A DNA stretch of 64,000 bases from Candidatus Cacconaster stercorequi (GCA_018064925.1 JAGHUH010000007.1:6861-70860), one strand, 5' to 3'; counted from the first letter of the stretch, positions 37,888-48,639 are shown. A program made the numbers and translations. The notes: a model not told the origin generated them from the sequence alone.

Positions 37888-39150
37888 ATGGAAACTCTCA
37901 AGCTGATCAACAGCGTCATTGCTGTGGTCTTTTTTCTCTGCTATACCTATCAATTCTGCTACATCCCCGTCGTTTGGCTGATGCGCGCCAAGCCGCATTC
38001 TGAGCCGCGTCCCCACCGCTTTGCCATATTGATCTGTGCGCGAAACGAGGAGGCCGTCATCGGCGATCTGATTGCCAGTATCCACGCTCAGACCTACAAT
38101 CCAGCGCTTCTCTCCGTATTCGTGCTGGCGGACAACTGTACCGACAACACCGCCGCCACGGCAGAAAACTGCGGCGCAGTGGTCTATGAGCGCCACGATT
38201 CGGAGCGCATCGGCAAGGGATACGCCCTGCAGGCGCTGATTTTGCATCTGGAGCAAGACTATCCCGCCGGATTTGACGGCTATTTCGTCTTTGACGCCGA
38301 CAACATCCTGTCCCCGGATTACATCGAACAGATGAACCGCACCTTCTCCGACGGACACGACATCATCACCAGCTATCGCAACAGCAAAAACTACGGCGAC
38401 AACTGGATCTCCGCCGGCTACGCCCTGTGGTTTCTGCGGGAGAGCCGCTATCTCAATCAGGCGCGGTTTCTGCTGGGCACAAGCTGCGCCGTCAGCGGCA
38501 CCGGTTTCCTGTTCAGCCGAAAAATTCTGCGGGAGATGGGGCCGTGGCCCTTCCATCTGCTGACGGAGGACATCGAATTTTCCGTTCACCAAATCCTTGC
38601 CGGGCACAAAATTGCCTTCTGCCCCACGGCCGTGCTCTACGATGAGCAGCCCACCTCGTTCCGCCAGTCATGGCGACAGCGCAGCCGCTGGTCACGGGGC
38701 TATCTGCAGGTATTTCAGCGCTACGGCAAGCGGCTGATGGCCGGCATTTTGCGAGGGCACTGGGGATGCTTTGACATGGCCATGGCCATCATGCCGGCGT
38801 TCCTCTTATCGGCGGCGGGCATCGTATGTACCGTGTTGCTGGCCGTTACAGGCGCCGTACAGGGCGGCGGGTTCCCGATGGCGCTGCGCGCGGTGGGCAC
38901 GATGCTGGGCGGGATGTATCTGACGCTTTTCCTCATCGGCGCCATCACCACCGCCACCGAATGGCGGCAGATCCGCACCACCACCGCAAAGAAGCTGCGG
39001 TATACGCTGACCTTCCCCCTGTTCATGTTTACCTATCTCCCCATCGCAGTTTCCTCGCTTTTCTGCAAGGCCGAATGGCGCCCCATCCAGCACCGCATCT
39101 GCGCCGCACAGATCGGGGAGCGATGCAAAGAAGAAGCACTTCCCTTTTGA
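37888..39150 (+). CDS. family 2 glycosyltransferase (processive type)
   Basis: CARNEE, ADNC, GKG, FDAD, TED, QRSRW motifs and TM helices. Confidence 0.9.
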   Translation: METLKLINSVIAVVFFLCYTYQFCYIPVVWLMRAKPHSEPRPHRFAILICARNEEAVIGDLIASIHAQTYNPALLSVFVLADNCTDNTAATAENCGAVVYERHDSERIGKGYALQALILHLEQDYPAGFDGYFVFDADNILSPDYIEQMNRTFSDGHDIITSYRNSKNYGDNWISAGYALWFLRESRYLNQARFLLGTSCAVSGTGFLFSRKILREMGPWPFHLLTEDIEFSVHQILAGHKIAFCPTAVLYDEQPTSFRQSWRQRSRWSRGYLQVFQRYGKRLMAGILRGHWGCFDMAMAIMPAFLLSAAGIVCTVLLAVTGAVQGGGFPMALRAVGTMLGGMYLTLFLIGAITTATEWRQIRTTTAKKLRYTLTFPLFMFTYLPIAVSSLFCKAEWRPIQHRICAAQIGERCKEEALPF

Positions 39151-39162
39151 AAGGAGTAACCC

Positions 39163-39855
39163 ATGTATCACATTTTAGTCTGTGACGATGAAAAAGACAT
39201 CGTTTCCGCCCTGACCATCTACCTCCGGGCCGAGGGGTATCAGGTGTTCCCCGCCTATACCGGGCAGGAGGCACTGGACATCGTGGAGTGCCAGGACATC
39301 CATCTGGTGCTGATGGACATCATGATGCCCGGTATGGACGGCATCACCGCCATGACGCGGCTGCGGGAGCACCACAATCTGCCGGTGATCCTGCTGACGG
39401 CAAAATCCGAGGACACTGACAAGGTGCTGGGACTGAATATCGGCGCAGACGACTATGTGACCAAGCCCTTTAACCCCATCGAACTGCTGGCACGGGTCAA
39501 ATCGCAGCTGCGGCGCTATCTGCAGTTGGGCGGCGGACAGCTTACGCCCACCACCGTGACCATCGGTGCCATCGCGCTGGATGACGAGGCCAAAACCGTC
39601 ACGGTAGACGGTGAGGCGGTGTCCCTGACGCCGCTGGAATATGATATTCTGCATCTTCTGATGCGAAATCCCGGCAAGGTTATTTCCCCGCAGGAGATTT
39701 ACCGCCGGGTCTGGCACGAGGCGCCTGCCGCTGACAATCCCGTGGCCGTCCATGTGCGGCACATCCGGGAAAAAATCGAGATCAACCCCGCCGAGCCCCG
39801 CTACCTGAAGGTGGTATGGGGCAAGGGCTACAAGATGGAGGATGGCACAATATGA
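39163..39855 (+). CDS. OmpR-family response regulator
   Basis: DDE, DIMMP, LTAK, GADDY.TKPF, winged helix VWGKGY. Confidence 0.95.
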   Translation: MYHILVCDDEKDIVSALTIYLRAEGYQVFPAYTGQEALDIVECQDIHLVLMDIMMPGMDGITAMTRLREHHNLPVILLTAKSEDTDKVLGLNIGADDYVTKPFNPIELLARVKSQLRRYLQLGGGQLTPTTVTIGAIALDDEAKTVTVDGEAVSLTPLEYDILHLLMRNPGKVISPQEIYRRVWHEAPAADNPVAVHVRHIREKIEINPAEPRYLKVVWGKGYKMEDGTI

Positions 39856-41708
39856 AAAAGCTCTATGATAAGCTGTGGGCAAAAATCTCCGCCTTTGTAT
39901 TGCTGACGGTCTTTCTGGCGCTGACCGTTGCCGGCAGCATCGGTATTGCATGGCTGGCCTGCGAAAATGCGTATCTGGACGGCGGAAAGCAGGCGCAGGA
40001 GCAGATTTACGCCAATATCTGCTTTGCAGACCTCTACGATGCGTATGAGTATCTGGGCAACTACGCATACAATCCCGATGCCGATGCGCAAAAATGGCTG
40101 AGTGACTTCTCCGCCATGTACCCCGCCGAAGACTGCAGCACCGCCATAATCATCCGCGACGCGAAAACCAACAAGGAGCTGGCCCGCAACTTCGACCCCG
40201 CCAAGCAGCCGCTCTTTGAAAAAGAGCTGGCCGATACCGTCATGTTCAACGGAAACCGCGTCACCATCACCGGCTATCTGCGGCCCGACTTCACCGCTGA
40301 CCGCTACGAGGTTCGATTGGAGATATGGCTCATTCAGCACGCATACGATATCATCGCGCTGACAGCGGTCTGCCTTGTTCTGACGGTGATTTTTCTGATC
40401 TTCACCCTCTGCTCTGCCGGACACTGGCCGGGGCACGAGGGCATTCACCTGACATGGTTTGATAAGATACCGCTGGATCTCTACCTGATCTTTTGCTGCT
40501 GCTTTTTGGGCGGGATCTTTGATGGTGCTTTTGAGGTGGCGCTGATTTGCAGCATACTGCTGGGACTCTTCCTGCTGCTGTTGCTGCCCAGCTTTGCCGC
40601 ACGGTGCAAGACCGGCACGCTGTTCCGCAGCACCGTGATCGGATGGTGCTTCAAATGGCTGCGGCGGCTTCTGAAATGGCTGATGGGCGTCATTGCGGAC
40701 ATCCCTATGGTGTGGAAAACCGCCGTTGGCGTGGCAGCATGGCTGGGTGTCAATCTCCTGTGCATCGTCAATTATTACGAAGGCGAGTTCCGCATTCTGT
40801 TGCTGCTGGTCAATCTTCTTGCAGGGCTGTTCCTCATTTATCTGGCGCTGGGTCTGCGAAAGCTGCAAAAAGGCGGTGAAGCTCTGGCCGCCGGACACTA
40901 TGACACTGCCGTGGACACCGCGCATCTGTTTGGCGATTTCAAGCGGCACGGGGAAAACCTCAACGATGTGCAGCAGGGCGTGCAGAAGGCCGTGGAGGCG
41001 CGCATGAGGTCCGAGCGGCTGAAAACGGAGCTGATCACCAATGTCAGCCACGACATCAAAACGCCGCTGACCTCCATTGTGAACTATGTGGATCTGCTGA
41101 AAAAGGAGGACATCGACAACCCCGCGGCACAGGAATACATCGCCGTGCTGGAACGGCAGTCCAACCGCCTGCGCCGCCTGACGGAGGATCTCATCGAAGC
41201 CAGCAAGGCCGCCACCGGCAACATTGCCGCGGAGCTCTCCCCCACCGATGTGGGCGTACTGCTGGAACAGGTGCTGGGCGAGTATCAGCAGCGCTTGGAC
41301 AGCAGCCAGATCACCCCCATGCTGACGCTGCCGGAAAAGCCTATCTCCATCATGGCAGATGGACGGCTGCTGTGGCGGGTTCTGGACAATCTGCTGAGCA
41401 ATGTGTGCAAATACGCCATGCCGGGCACCCGGGTGTATCTCTCCACCGAAACGCATTCCGTTCTCAAGGAGGACACCGTGGGCAGCAAGGCCGTGATCAC
41501 CGTGAAAAACATCTCACGCTGTCCCCTGAATATCTCCGCCGATGAGCTCACCGAGCGGTTTGTGCGGGGCGACGAGAGCCGCTCCACCGAGGGCAGCGGT
41601 CTGGGACTGAGCATCGCCTCCAGTCTCACCGCGCTGCAGGGCGGACAGTTTGCGCTGGCTGTGGACGGCGATCTTTTCAAGGCGACGCTGACCTTTGACA
41701 TGGCATAA
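39852..41708 (+). CDS. multi-TM sensor histidine kinase
   Basis: NVSHDIKTPLT H-box, NLLSNVCKYA, GSGLGLSI. Confidence 0.93.
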   Translation: MKKLYDKLWAKISAFVLLTVFLALTVAGSIGIAWLACENAYLDGGKQAQEQIYANICFADLYDAYEYLGNYAYNPDADAQKWLSDFSAMYPAEDCSTAIIIRDAKTNKELARNFDPAKQPLFEKELADTVMFNGNRVTITGYLRPDFTADRYEVRLEIWLIQHAYDIIALTAVCLVLTVIFLIFTLCSAGHWPGHEGIHLTWFDKIPLDLYLIFCCCFLGGIFDGAFEVALICSILLGLFLLLLLPSFAARCKTGTLFRSTVIGWCFKWLRRLLKWLMGVIADIPMVWKTAVGVAAWLGVNLLCIVNYYEGEFRILLLLVNLLAGLFLIYLALGLRKLQKGGEALAAGHYDTAVDTAHLFGDFKRHGENLNDVQQGVQKAVEARMRSERLKTELITNVSHDIKTPLTSIVNYVDLLKKEDIDNPAAQEYIAVLERQSNRLRRLTEDLIEASKAATGNIAAELSPTDVGVLLEQVLGEYQQRLDSSQITPMLTLPEKPISIMADGRLLWRVLDNLLSNVCKYAMPGTRVYLSTETHSVLKEDTVGSKAVITVKNISRCPLNISADELTERFVRGDESRSTEGSGLGLSIASSLTALQGGQFALAVDGDLFKATLTFDMA

Positions 41709-41815
41709 AACAGAAACCTCCCCTTTGGGACTGCCTAAGGCAGTCCCTTTTTCTTGTGTTTTTTCTCCGTACATGGTACAATAAGAAAAAACACGGGTAA
41801 AGGAGGCGGATCTCC

Positions 41816-42985
41816 ATGACGGAATCCATGACCCCGCAATTGGCCCCCAGAGATCGCTGTACCGGCTGCGGCGCCTGCATGAGCGGCTGCCCCAAGGGCG
41901 CCATCCATATGCTGCCCGATCGGGAAGGGTTTCTCTATCCCACGGTGACCGATGCCTGCGTGCAATGCGGCCACTGCACCCATATCTGCCCCGTGCTGAA
42001 GCGGCGCGAGGAGCGGCCGGAGCCCGCCGCCTTTGCGGTGTGGAATCCGGACGATGAGGTGCGCCTTGCCTCTAGCGCTGGCGGCGTATTTACGCCTCTG
42101 GCGGAGTATGTGCTGGAGACCGGCGGCGTGGTATTCGGCGCAGCGACGGACGATCATCTCCATGTCGCCCACATCGCCGTCATGGACAAGGACGAGCTGT
42201 CCCGGCTCCGGGGTGCCAAACTGGTGCAAAGCGAGCTGGGCGACAGCTATGCCAAGGTGCGGCTGTATCTGGATCAGGGGCGCATGGTGCTGTTCTCCGG
42301 TACCCCCTGTCAGGTGGACGGTCTGTACCGTTTTCTGGGCGAATATCCGGAAAAGCTGGTGACCTGTGACTTCGCCTGCCACGGTGTTCCCTCCCCCGGC
42401 GTGTGGGAGCACATCGTCCGCTCCATGGCCTATGTGAAGCGGAAAACCCCCGTGGCGGTGGAATTTTGCGCCAAGCTGGCCGGCGACCGGGAACGCCGCT
42501 TCCGCGTGCAGTTCAACGACGGCTCCGTATTTGATGCCCCGCTGCTCAAATCCGAGTACGGACGCGGCATCGACCGTGCCCTGTTCTTCCGCAAATCCTG
42601 CCATAGCTGTACCTACGCCTGCACGCAGCACCCCGCCGATCTGACATTAGCCGCCTGCATGGCTGCCGGCAAGGACTTCTATCCCGATGAGCGGAAAAAG
42701 GGTCTGTCCATGCTTCTGGTAAACACCCCCAAGGGCGCACATATTTTCGACACACTGCCCTTGAAACGGACACGCTGTGAGGTAAGCGATGCCGTGGCGG
42801 CAAACCCGGCGCTGTGCGCTCCGGTGGAGATCCCGCCCGATCGCGCCACCTTCTTCGCCGCCTATGCCAAGCAGCCGTTCCAGGAGGTACGCAACCGCTT
42901 CCTTGCTCTGCCCAAGCTGAGCTATCAGGTAGCCAACCACAGCTTTGAGCGCCTGAAGCGCCTGCTGAAACGAAAAGAGAAATAA
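41816..42985 (+). CDS. 4Fe-4S protein, F420 hydrogenase/dehydrogenase beta-subunit-like
   Basis: two CxxCxxCxxxCP motifs, SSAGG.F, GTPCQV, CHGVPSP. Confidence 0.85.
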   Translation: MTESMTPQLAPRDRCTGCGACMSGCPKGAIHMLPDREGFLYPTVTDACVQCGHCTHICPVLKRREERPEPAAFAVWNPDDEVRLASSAGGVFTPLAEYVLETGGVVFGAATDDHLHVAHIAVMDKDELSRLRGAKLVQSELGDSYAKVRLYLDQGRMVLFSGTPCQVDGLYRFLGEYPEKLVTCDFACHGVPSPGVWEHIVRSMAYVKRKTPVAVEFCAKLAGDRERRFRVQFNDGSVFDAPLLKSEYGRGIDRALFFRKSCHSCTYACTQHPADLTLAACMAAGKDFYPDERKKGLSMLLVNTPKGAHIFDTLPLKRTRCEVSDAVAANPALCAPVEIPPDRATFFAAYAKQPFQEVRNRFLALPKLSYQVANHSFERLKRLLKRKEK

Positions 42986-42989
42986 CACT

Positions 42990-43562
42990 ATGAAAACTTT
43001 GATGCATACCTGCTGCGCGCCGTGCAGCGTATCCTGTATTCAGCTTTTGCGCTCGCAGGATATCGAACCGGTCAGCTACTGGTTCAACCCCAACATTCAC
43101 CCCTACATGGAATACAAGGCTCGCCGCGACACCCTGATGGCCTATGCCCCCACCATCGGCATGGAGCTGATCGTGCAGGAGGACTACGGTCTGAAGGACT
43201 TCTGCCGCGCGGTGGCCGACGACATTGAACATCGGTGCGCACACTGCTACGAGGTGCGCATGGAGCAGACGGCAAAATTTGCCGCCCAGCACGGCTTTGA
43301 CTCCTTCACCACCACGCTGCTGGTGAGTCCCTATCAGCAGCACGAACGGATCGTCGCCACGGCACAGCGCATGGCGGAGAAGTACGGCGTACAGTTCCTG
43401 TACCGTGATTTCCGTCCGGGCTTCCGGGACGGACAGGCGCAGGCCCGGGAGTTGGGCTTTTATATGCAGAAATACTGCGGCTGTGTGTTCTCCGAGGAGG
43501 AGCGGTATCAGAACAAGATCACAAAGGATCGGAAGGAGCCGCTGAAGATTATCAAGCCGTAA
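42990..43562 (+). CDS. queH: epoxyqueuosine reductase QueH
   Basis: HTCCAPC, NPNIHP..EY..R, RC..CY, TTLLVSP, Q.YCGC. Confidence 0.92.
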   Translation: MKTLMHTCCAPCSVSCIQLLRSQDIEPVSYWFNPNIHPYMEYKARRDTLMAYAPTIGMELIVQEDYGLKDFCRAVADDIEHRCAHCYEVRMEQTAKFAAQHGFDSFTTTLLVSPYQQHERIVATAQRMAEKYGVQFLYRDFRPGFRDGQAQARELGFYMQKYCGCVFSEEERYQNKITKDRKEPLKIIKP

Positions 43563-43576
43563 CGGAAAGTAAAGCA

Positions 43577-43622
43577 TAAAAAACGCTTCTGCCATCCCTT
43601 CGGATGGCAGAAGCGTTTTTTA
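43577..43622. terminator. bidirectional terminator
   Basis: AAAAAACGCTTCTGCCATCC-CTTC-GGATGGCAGAAGCGTTTTTT. Confidence 0.85.
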
Positions 43623-44468
43623 TGCTTTCGGAATCCGGCATTTGGCTGCCTTGTAGGTATTCTCCATCAGCATGGCACGGGTCATGGGGCCCACGCCGCC
43701 GGGAACAGGGGTGATATAGGACGCCTTTTCACACACCGCGGCATAGTCCACATCGCCGCAGAGCTTGCCCTGTTCGTTGCGGTTCATGGCCACATCAATG
43801 ACCACTGCCCCCTCCTTCACCATATCGGCGGTGATAAGATTTTGCTTGCCCACGGCGGAAATCAGGAGATCCGCCTGCAGGCACTGCGCCTTCAGGTCAG
43901 GGGTGCGGCTGTGGCACACGGTGACGGTGCCGTTGGCGGCCAGCAGCAGCAGAGCCATGGGCTTGCCCACGATGTTGCTGCGCCCCACCACCACGCAATG
44001 CTTGCCGGCGGGGTCAACGCCGTATTTTTTCAAAAGCTCCATCACGCCGGCAGGGGTACAGGGCAGATAATACGCCTCACCCTGCACGATGCGCCCCACA
44101 TTCTCGGGATGGAATGCGTCCACATCCTTATCCGGGGCAATGGCCTCCAGTACGGCGCGCTCGTCGATCTGCGGCGGCAGAGGGAGCTGCACCAGAATGC
44201 CGTCCACCGCGCCGTAGTTGTTCATCTTCTCCACCAGCTCCAGCACCTCGTCCTGGGTGGCGGTCTCGGGCAGATGATAGTCCATGCAGAGGATATTGCA
44301 CTCCTGGCAATCTTTTATCTTGTTGCGGACATACACCGCAGAGGCAGGATTATCGCCCACCAAGATCACCGCAAGCCCCGGCTGGCGGCGAAGCTGCGCC
44401 ACATTGGCGCGGATCTCCTCTTTTTTCTCCTTGGCAAGCGCCTTGCCGTCCATGATCACAGCACTCAT
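43620..44468 (-). CDS. folD: methylenetetrahydrofolate dehydrogenase/cyclohydrolase
   Basis: MDGK, YVRNK, GILVQLPLP, KDVD, PCTP, GRSNIVGKP, TPVPGGVGPMT. Confidence 0.96.
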   Translation of the reverse strand: MSAVIMDGKALAKEKKEEIRANVAQLRRQPGLAVILVGDNPASAVYVRNKIKDCQECNILCMDYHLPETATQDEVLELVEKMNNYGAVDGILVQLPLPPQIDERAVLEAIAPDKDVDAFHPENVGRIVQGEAYYLPCTPAGVMELLKKYGVDPAGKHCVVVGRSNIVGKPMALLLLAANGTVTVCHSRTPDLKAQCLQADLLISAVGKQNLITADMVKEGAVVIDVAMNRNEQGKLCGDVDYAAVCEKASYITPVPGGVGPMTRAMLMENTYKAAKCRIPKA

Positions 44469-45355
44469 GCGTTCTCCTCCTTTGATTGGTTGACATACAG
44501 TTCCTCCGGCGCGTGGGGATGAATCTTCAAATGATACAGCAGCATCAGCGCCGACACCGCCATCATCACCAGTGACAGCGCCTGACTGACCCGGACGGGC
44601 TGACCGCCCCATGTCCAGTGGAACAGATACAGACTGTCGGTACGCAGACCCTCGATCCAGAAGCGGCCCAGGCCGTACCACAAAAAGTAACACCACATAT
44701 TTTGCCCGTCAAACCGACGGACACGGGACACCACCAGCACGATCAGCAAAAGGCCGATTACATTCCACAGGCTCTCATAGAAGAAGGTGGGGTGCACCTC
44801 CACCAGCTTCCCCGCCGTGGTGGTCAGCTGCATCCGCCACGGCAGCGTGGTTTCGGCGCCGAATGCCTCACGGTTCATGAAGTTGCCCCAGCGACCCACC
44901 GCCTGACCGATCAGCAGACCCATGACGATCAGATCCATCATGGCAAAAAATCGAAAGCCCCGGCGCCGCGCCACGCACAGCACCACCAGCACCGTGGCGA
45001 TCACGCCGCCGTAGATGGCCAGACCGCCGTCCCAGATGGCGATGGCCTTGCCCCAGTTCATCGTACCGTCAACATTGCGGAACAGATCCAGATAAAAAAT
45101 CACATAGTAAATTCTGGCGCCCAGAATGCCGCAGGGGATGCCCCACAGCAGGCAATCCAGCAGGTCATCCTCCGTGATGCCGTATTTCTTCCGCTGCGTC
45201 AGGCAGAAGCCCAGCGCCAGCAGCATTCCGAAGGCGATCAATATGCCGTACCAGTACACGCCGTGACCGATGTTCAGCGCCTTTTCCGGCGCGGTGAATG
45301 TCCAGTCACCGAAAAGACCCGGAAAGCGGATCGGGCTGTCCGTCATGATGCTCAT
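44465..45355 (-). CDS. lgt: prolipoprotein diacylglyceryl transferase
   Basis: WYG, GARIYY, GGLAIYGG, GRWGNFMN.E, HPTF.YES, RF.IE.LR. Confidence 0.95.
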   Translation of the reverse strand: MSIMTDSPIRFPGLFGDWTFTAPEKALNIGHGVYWYGILIAFGMLLALGFCLTQRKKYGITEDDLLDCLLWGIPCGILGARIYYVIFYLDLFRNVDGTMNWGKAIAIWDGGLAIYGGVIATVLVVLCVARRRGFRFFAMMDLIVMGLLIGQAVGRWGNFMNREAFGAETTLPWRMQLTTTAGKLVEVHPTFFYESLWNVIGLLLIVLVVSRVRRFDGQNMWCYFLWYGLGRFWIEGLRTDSLYLFHWTWGGQPVRVSQALSLVMMAVSALMLLYHLKIHPHAPEELYVNQSKEENA

Positions 45356-46635
45356 GCTTCCTGCGCCTCCCGTGGGGTGATTACGCTGATGGCAGCACGC
45401 TCCGCCACGATATTATCACGGATAAAGTCGATGAGATCCTGCTTGGTGATGGAATCGAACACCTCTGGGAACCGGTAGGCGTCAAAGCCGTTGAAGCAGC
45501 CCTCTGCCGCCGACACGGCAATGGACTCGAAGGAATTCAGTGCCTTCAGCGTCGTACCGAACACCGCTTTGCGTACCCGTTGATAATAGTCCTCGTCGAT
45601 GCCCTCGCGCACCATGCGCTGCGCTTCCTCCAGAATGGCGTCTACCACCTTCTGCGGCTCGTTGCTGTCGCCGCCGGCATAGACATAGGCCACGCCGGGC
45701 AGCAGATCATAGGAGCAGCCGAAGGAGCCGTTCACCAGACCATCGGCATAGAGCCGGGCAAACAGGGCGCTGGAATCGCCCATCAGAATATCACAGGCCA
45801 GATCACCGATGGTGTTGTTCCGCAGACGCTCCTCCCCCTCCGGGGCATTGGGGCACTTGAACCCCACCAAAAAGGTTGGCATAGAGACCTCCATGGTGCA
45901 GCGGGTTTCCTTTTCCATCGGCAGCAGATCTTCCTCCGCGCCGTAGTCACGGGGGATGACCGGGCCGCTCTCACGGGGCAGGATCTCCTCCGCTGTACGG
46001 AATACCTCCTCCGGCTCCACATCGCCCACCACCACCAGACACATATTGGCGGGGGTATAAAACGCCTTATGGCAATCATACAGCGTCTGGGCGGTGATGT
46101 GGCTGATGCTCTCCACGCTGCCGGCCACGCTGATACGGGCGGGGCTGGTGCGGTAGAGGATCTGCATCAGGCGCTTATAGACCTGCCACTCGGGGTTGTC
46201 CTCGATCATGCCGATCTCCTGCCCGATGATCCCCTGCTCCTTGGCCACCGATTCATCTGTGAAATACGGCACGGACACAAAGGACAGCAAAATCTTCAGA
46301 TTGTCGGAAAAATGGTCGGTGCAATCGAAATAATACGCCGTCATGGCGTTGGAGGTAAAGGCGTTGGGTTCGGCGCCGTTCTGCGCCAGCTCCTGCAGGG
46401 CGTTGCCCTCCGCCGTGTCGAACATCTTATGCTCCAGATAGTGGGCGATGCCCGCCGGCGTATCCAGCCATTCGCCATGCAGTTGAAAACGCAGATCCAT
46501 GCCGCCATAACGGGTGGCAAAGAGCGCATATTTGCGGGAAAAGCCGCTCTTGCGCACCACGCAGACCGGCAGGCCGTTGGGCAGGGTGTGCCACACGACC
46601 GTCTCTCCCAGACGGGGATAGGTAACAGTTTTCAT
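45352..46635 (-). CDS. M16 family zinc peptidase (YmfH-like)
   Basis: GIAHYLEHKMF, NAFT, KEQGIIGQEI. Confidence 0.9.
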   Translation of the reverse strand: MKTVTYPRLGETVVWHTLPNGLPVCVVRKSGFSRKYALFATRYGGMDLRFQLHGEWLDTPAGIAHYLEHKMFDTAEGNALQELAQNGAEPNAFTSNAMTAYYFDCTDHFSDNLKILLSFVSVPYFTDESVAKEQGIIGQEIGMIEDNPEWQVYKRLMQILYRTSPARISVAGSVESISHITAQTLYDCHKAFYTPANMCLVVVGDVEPEEVFRTAEEILPRESGPVIPRDYGAEEDLLPMEKETRCTMEVSMPTFLVGFKCPNAPEGEERLRNNTIGDLACDILMGDSSALFARLYADGLVNGSFGCSYDLLPGVAYVYAGGDSNEPQKVVDAILEEAQRMVREGIDEDYYQRVRKAVFGTTLKALNSFESIAVSAAEGCFNGFDAYRFPEVFDSITKQDLIDFIRDNIVAERAAISVITPREAQEA

Positions 46636-47904
46636 TTACGCCTCGCCCTCCTTTCCGCGCAGGAAGTAAACAGTATCCAGCGTCACGGACTCCGCCGCCG
46701 CACGGATGCGCTCCGGGGTCACGGCGCGGAGCAGCGCCGCCATTTCCTCCGGCGACTCGTCCTGTCCGGTGGCCGCCTGCCCCAGATAGTAATTCTCCAA
46801 TGCGCCCTGACTGTCGCCCAGCGAGTTCAACGCGCTGAGCATGGTGCTCTTGGCGCCCTCCAGCTCCCAATCCTCCCAATCGCCGCGCTGAACGGCATTG
46901 AGCTGGCGGAGGATCTCCTCCACGGCGCGGTCGTAATCCTTGCTCTCAATGCCGGACGACACGGTGAGGATGCCCTTGCTGCGGGCATAGCTGCTGGAGG
47001 CGTAATAGCACAGCGACAGCTTTTCCCGGACATTCAAAAAGAGCTTGGAGTTGCTCCAGCCGCCGAACATCAGATTGGCCAAAATCATGGCGGGCACATC
47101 GTCACTGCCGCAGCGCAGACCCATGGCCAGCTTGCCCTGGGTCACATCCATGGTCTCCGTGATGATGCGGGGCTCTGCCGGCGCTGCCAGCTTCTGCATG
47201 GGCAGCAGCTCCGCCTCCACGCCGCGGGGCAGGGCCGCCAACGCATTCAGCATCGCATCGGTGACGCGCTCTTCTTCGGCGCTGCCGCAGTAGAAAAGCT
47301 CCACGCGGCTCCGGGACAGCAACGCATGGTAATGCTGATAGAGCTTCTGGTTGTTGATCTTCTTCACCGTGTCCTCATCACCCCAACGGCTGACGCCGTA
47401 CGGCTCTGCGGCGCACATCTCCTGCATCAGCCGCCGATCCGCCCAGTCCCGCTTATCGTTGCGGATGGAGCGGATGGCGTCGATGAGGTTGCTCTTTTCA
47501 CTCTCCACATACTCGGACAAAAATCGGCCGCCCCGGGTCACAGGGTCCAGCAGCAGCTCGCCCATCAGCTCCGCCGTGGGCTCCAGCAGACGCTCGCCGC
47601 AGGGGGCAAAACAATCGTCGATGACCGTGCCCACAAAGCCGATGCACTGCCGCTCGCCGCGCTTGCGGCAATTGGGACTGACCTGTGCGCCGTACAGCCT
47701 GTCCATGGCGGCGGAAAGCTGCTCCATATCCGGGCAGCGCACCGTGCCCCGGTGCAGGACGGACGGGGTCAGGGCATTATAGGATGCCGTTTTCGCGTCC
47801 AATTGGGTCACCAACTGGGCGCTGAGACAGCTTGTTTTGAATTTTTTGGCAGGCAGATAGGTCAGAAACACATTCTGCATGATCTCTCTGCGGTGTTCAT
47901 TCAT
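46636..47904 (-). CDS. M16 family peptidase, inactive partner (YmfF-like)
   Basis: KKFKT, SKLFLNVREKLSLCYY; lacks HxxEH. Confidence 0.85.
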   Translation of the reverse strand: MNEHRREIMQNVFLTYLPAKKFKTSCLSAQLVTQLDAKTASYNALTPSVLHRGTVRCPDMEQLSAAMDRLYGAQVSPNCRKRGERQCIGFVGTVIDDCFAPCGERLLEPTAELMGELLLDPVTRGGRFLSEYVESEKSNLIDAIRSIRNDKRDWADRRLMQEMCAAEPYGVSRWGDEDTVKKINNQKLYQHYHALLSRSRVELFYCGSAEEERVTDAMLNALAALPRGVEAELLPMQKLAAPAEPRIITETMDVTQGKLAMGLRCGSDDVPAMILANLMFGGWSNSKLFLNVREKLSLCYYASSSYARSKGILTVSSGIESKDYDRAVEEILRQLNAVQRGDWEDWELEGAKSTMLSALNSLGDSQGALENYYLGQAATGQDESPEEMAALLRAVTPERIRAAAESVTLDTVYFLRGKEGEA

Positions 47905-48067
47905 CACAGGTACCTCCTGTACACATAACAATACAGAGTATAGTATACACAGTTTTCGCCGCTTTGTAAATGAGAGCTTACACGGTTTGCGTACAAAAAA
48001 TCTCTTGCATGGGCGAAAAAAAAGGATTATGATAGGAGTAAGACTACGGCGAAAGGAACAACTGCGT

Positions 48068-48592
48068 ATGACAGCCGCTCAGCGACGCAACCGAATATTG
48101 AACGAGCTTCAGCGTGCCGATGCACCCATCAGCGCCGCCACGCTGGCCCACGCACTGTCGGTCACCCGCCAGGTCATCGTGGGGGATGTGGCGCTGCTGC
48201 GGGCACAGGGACACGAGATCGCCGCCACGCCCCGGGGGTATCTGATCCCCGACACCGCGCCCACCGGTCTGGTGCGCCGCATGGCCTGCTTCCATTCCGC
48301 CGAAGACACCCGCGACGAGCTGAACATCATGGTGGATTGCGGCTGCACCGTGCTGGATGTCATTGTGGAGCACCCGGTCTACGGACAGCTGACCGCGCCG
48401 CTGCAGCTTGCCAGCCGCTACGATGTGGAGCAGTTCATGCAGCGGATGCATCAAAGCGACGCCGCGCCGCTTTCACTGCTGACCGAGGGCATTCACCTGC
48501 ACACCCTCTCCTGCCCCGGCGAGGATGTGTGGCAGCATCTGCGGAACATTCTGGCGGAGCGTGGCTTTTTGCTGGCGGAGCAGGACACTTGA
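48068..48592 (+). CDS. niaR: niacin-responsive repressor NiaR (HTH + 3H domain)
   Basis: VTRQVIVGDVALLRA, ATPRGY, VEHPVYG, LT.GIHLHT. Confidence 0.9.
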   Translation: MTAAQRRNRILNELQRADAPISAATLAHALSVTRQVIVGDVALLRAQGHEIAATPRGYLIPDTAPTGLVRRMACFHSAEDTRDELNIMVDCGCTVLDVIVEHPVYGQLTAPLQLASRYDVEQFMQRMHQSDAAPLSLLTEGIHLHTLSCPGEDVWQHLRNILAERGFLLAEQDT

Positions 48593-48639
48593 TCCGTACC
48601 GGCGGCGAAAAGTATTTGACATGATTTTGACAAATTACA

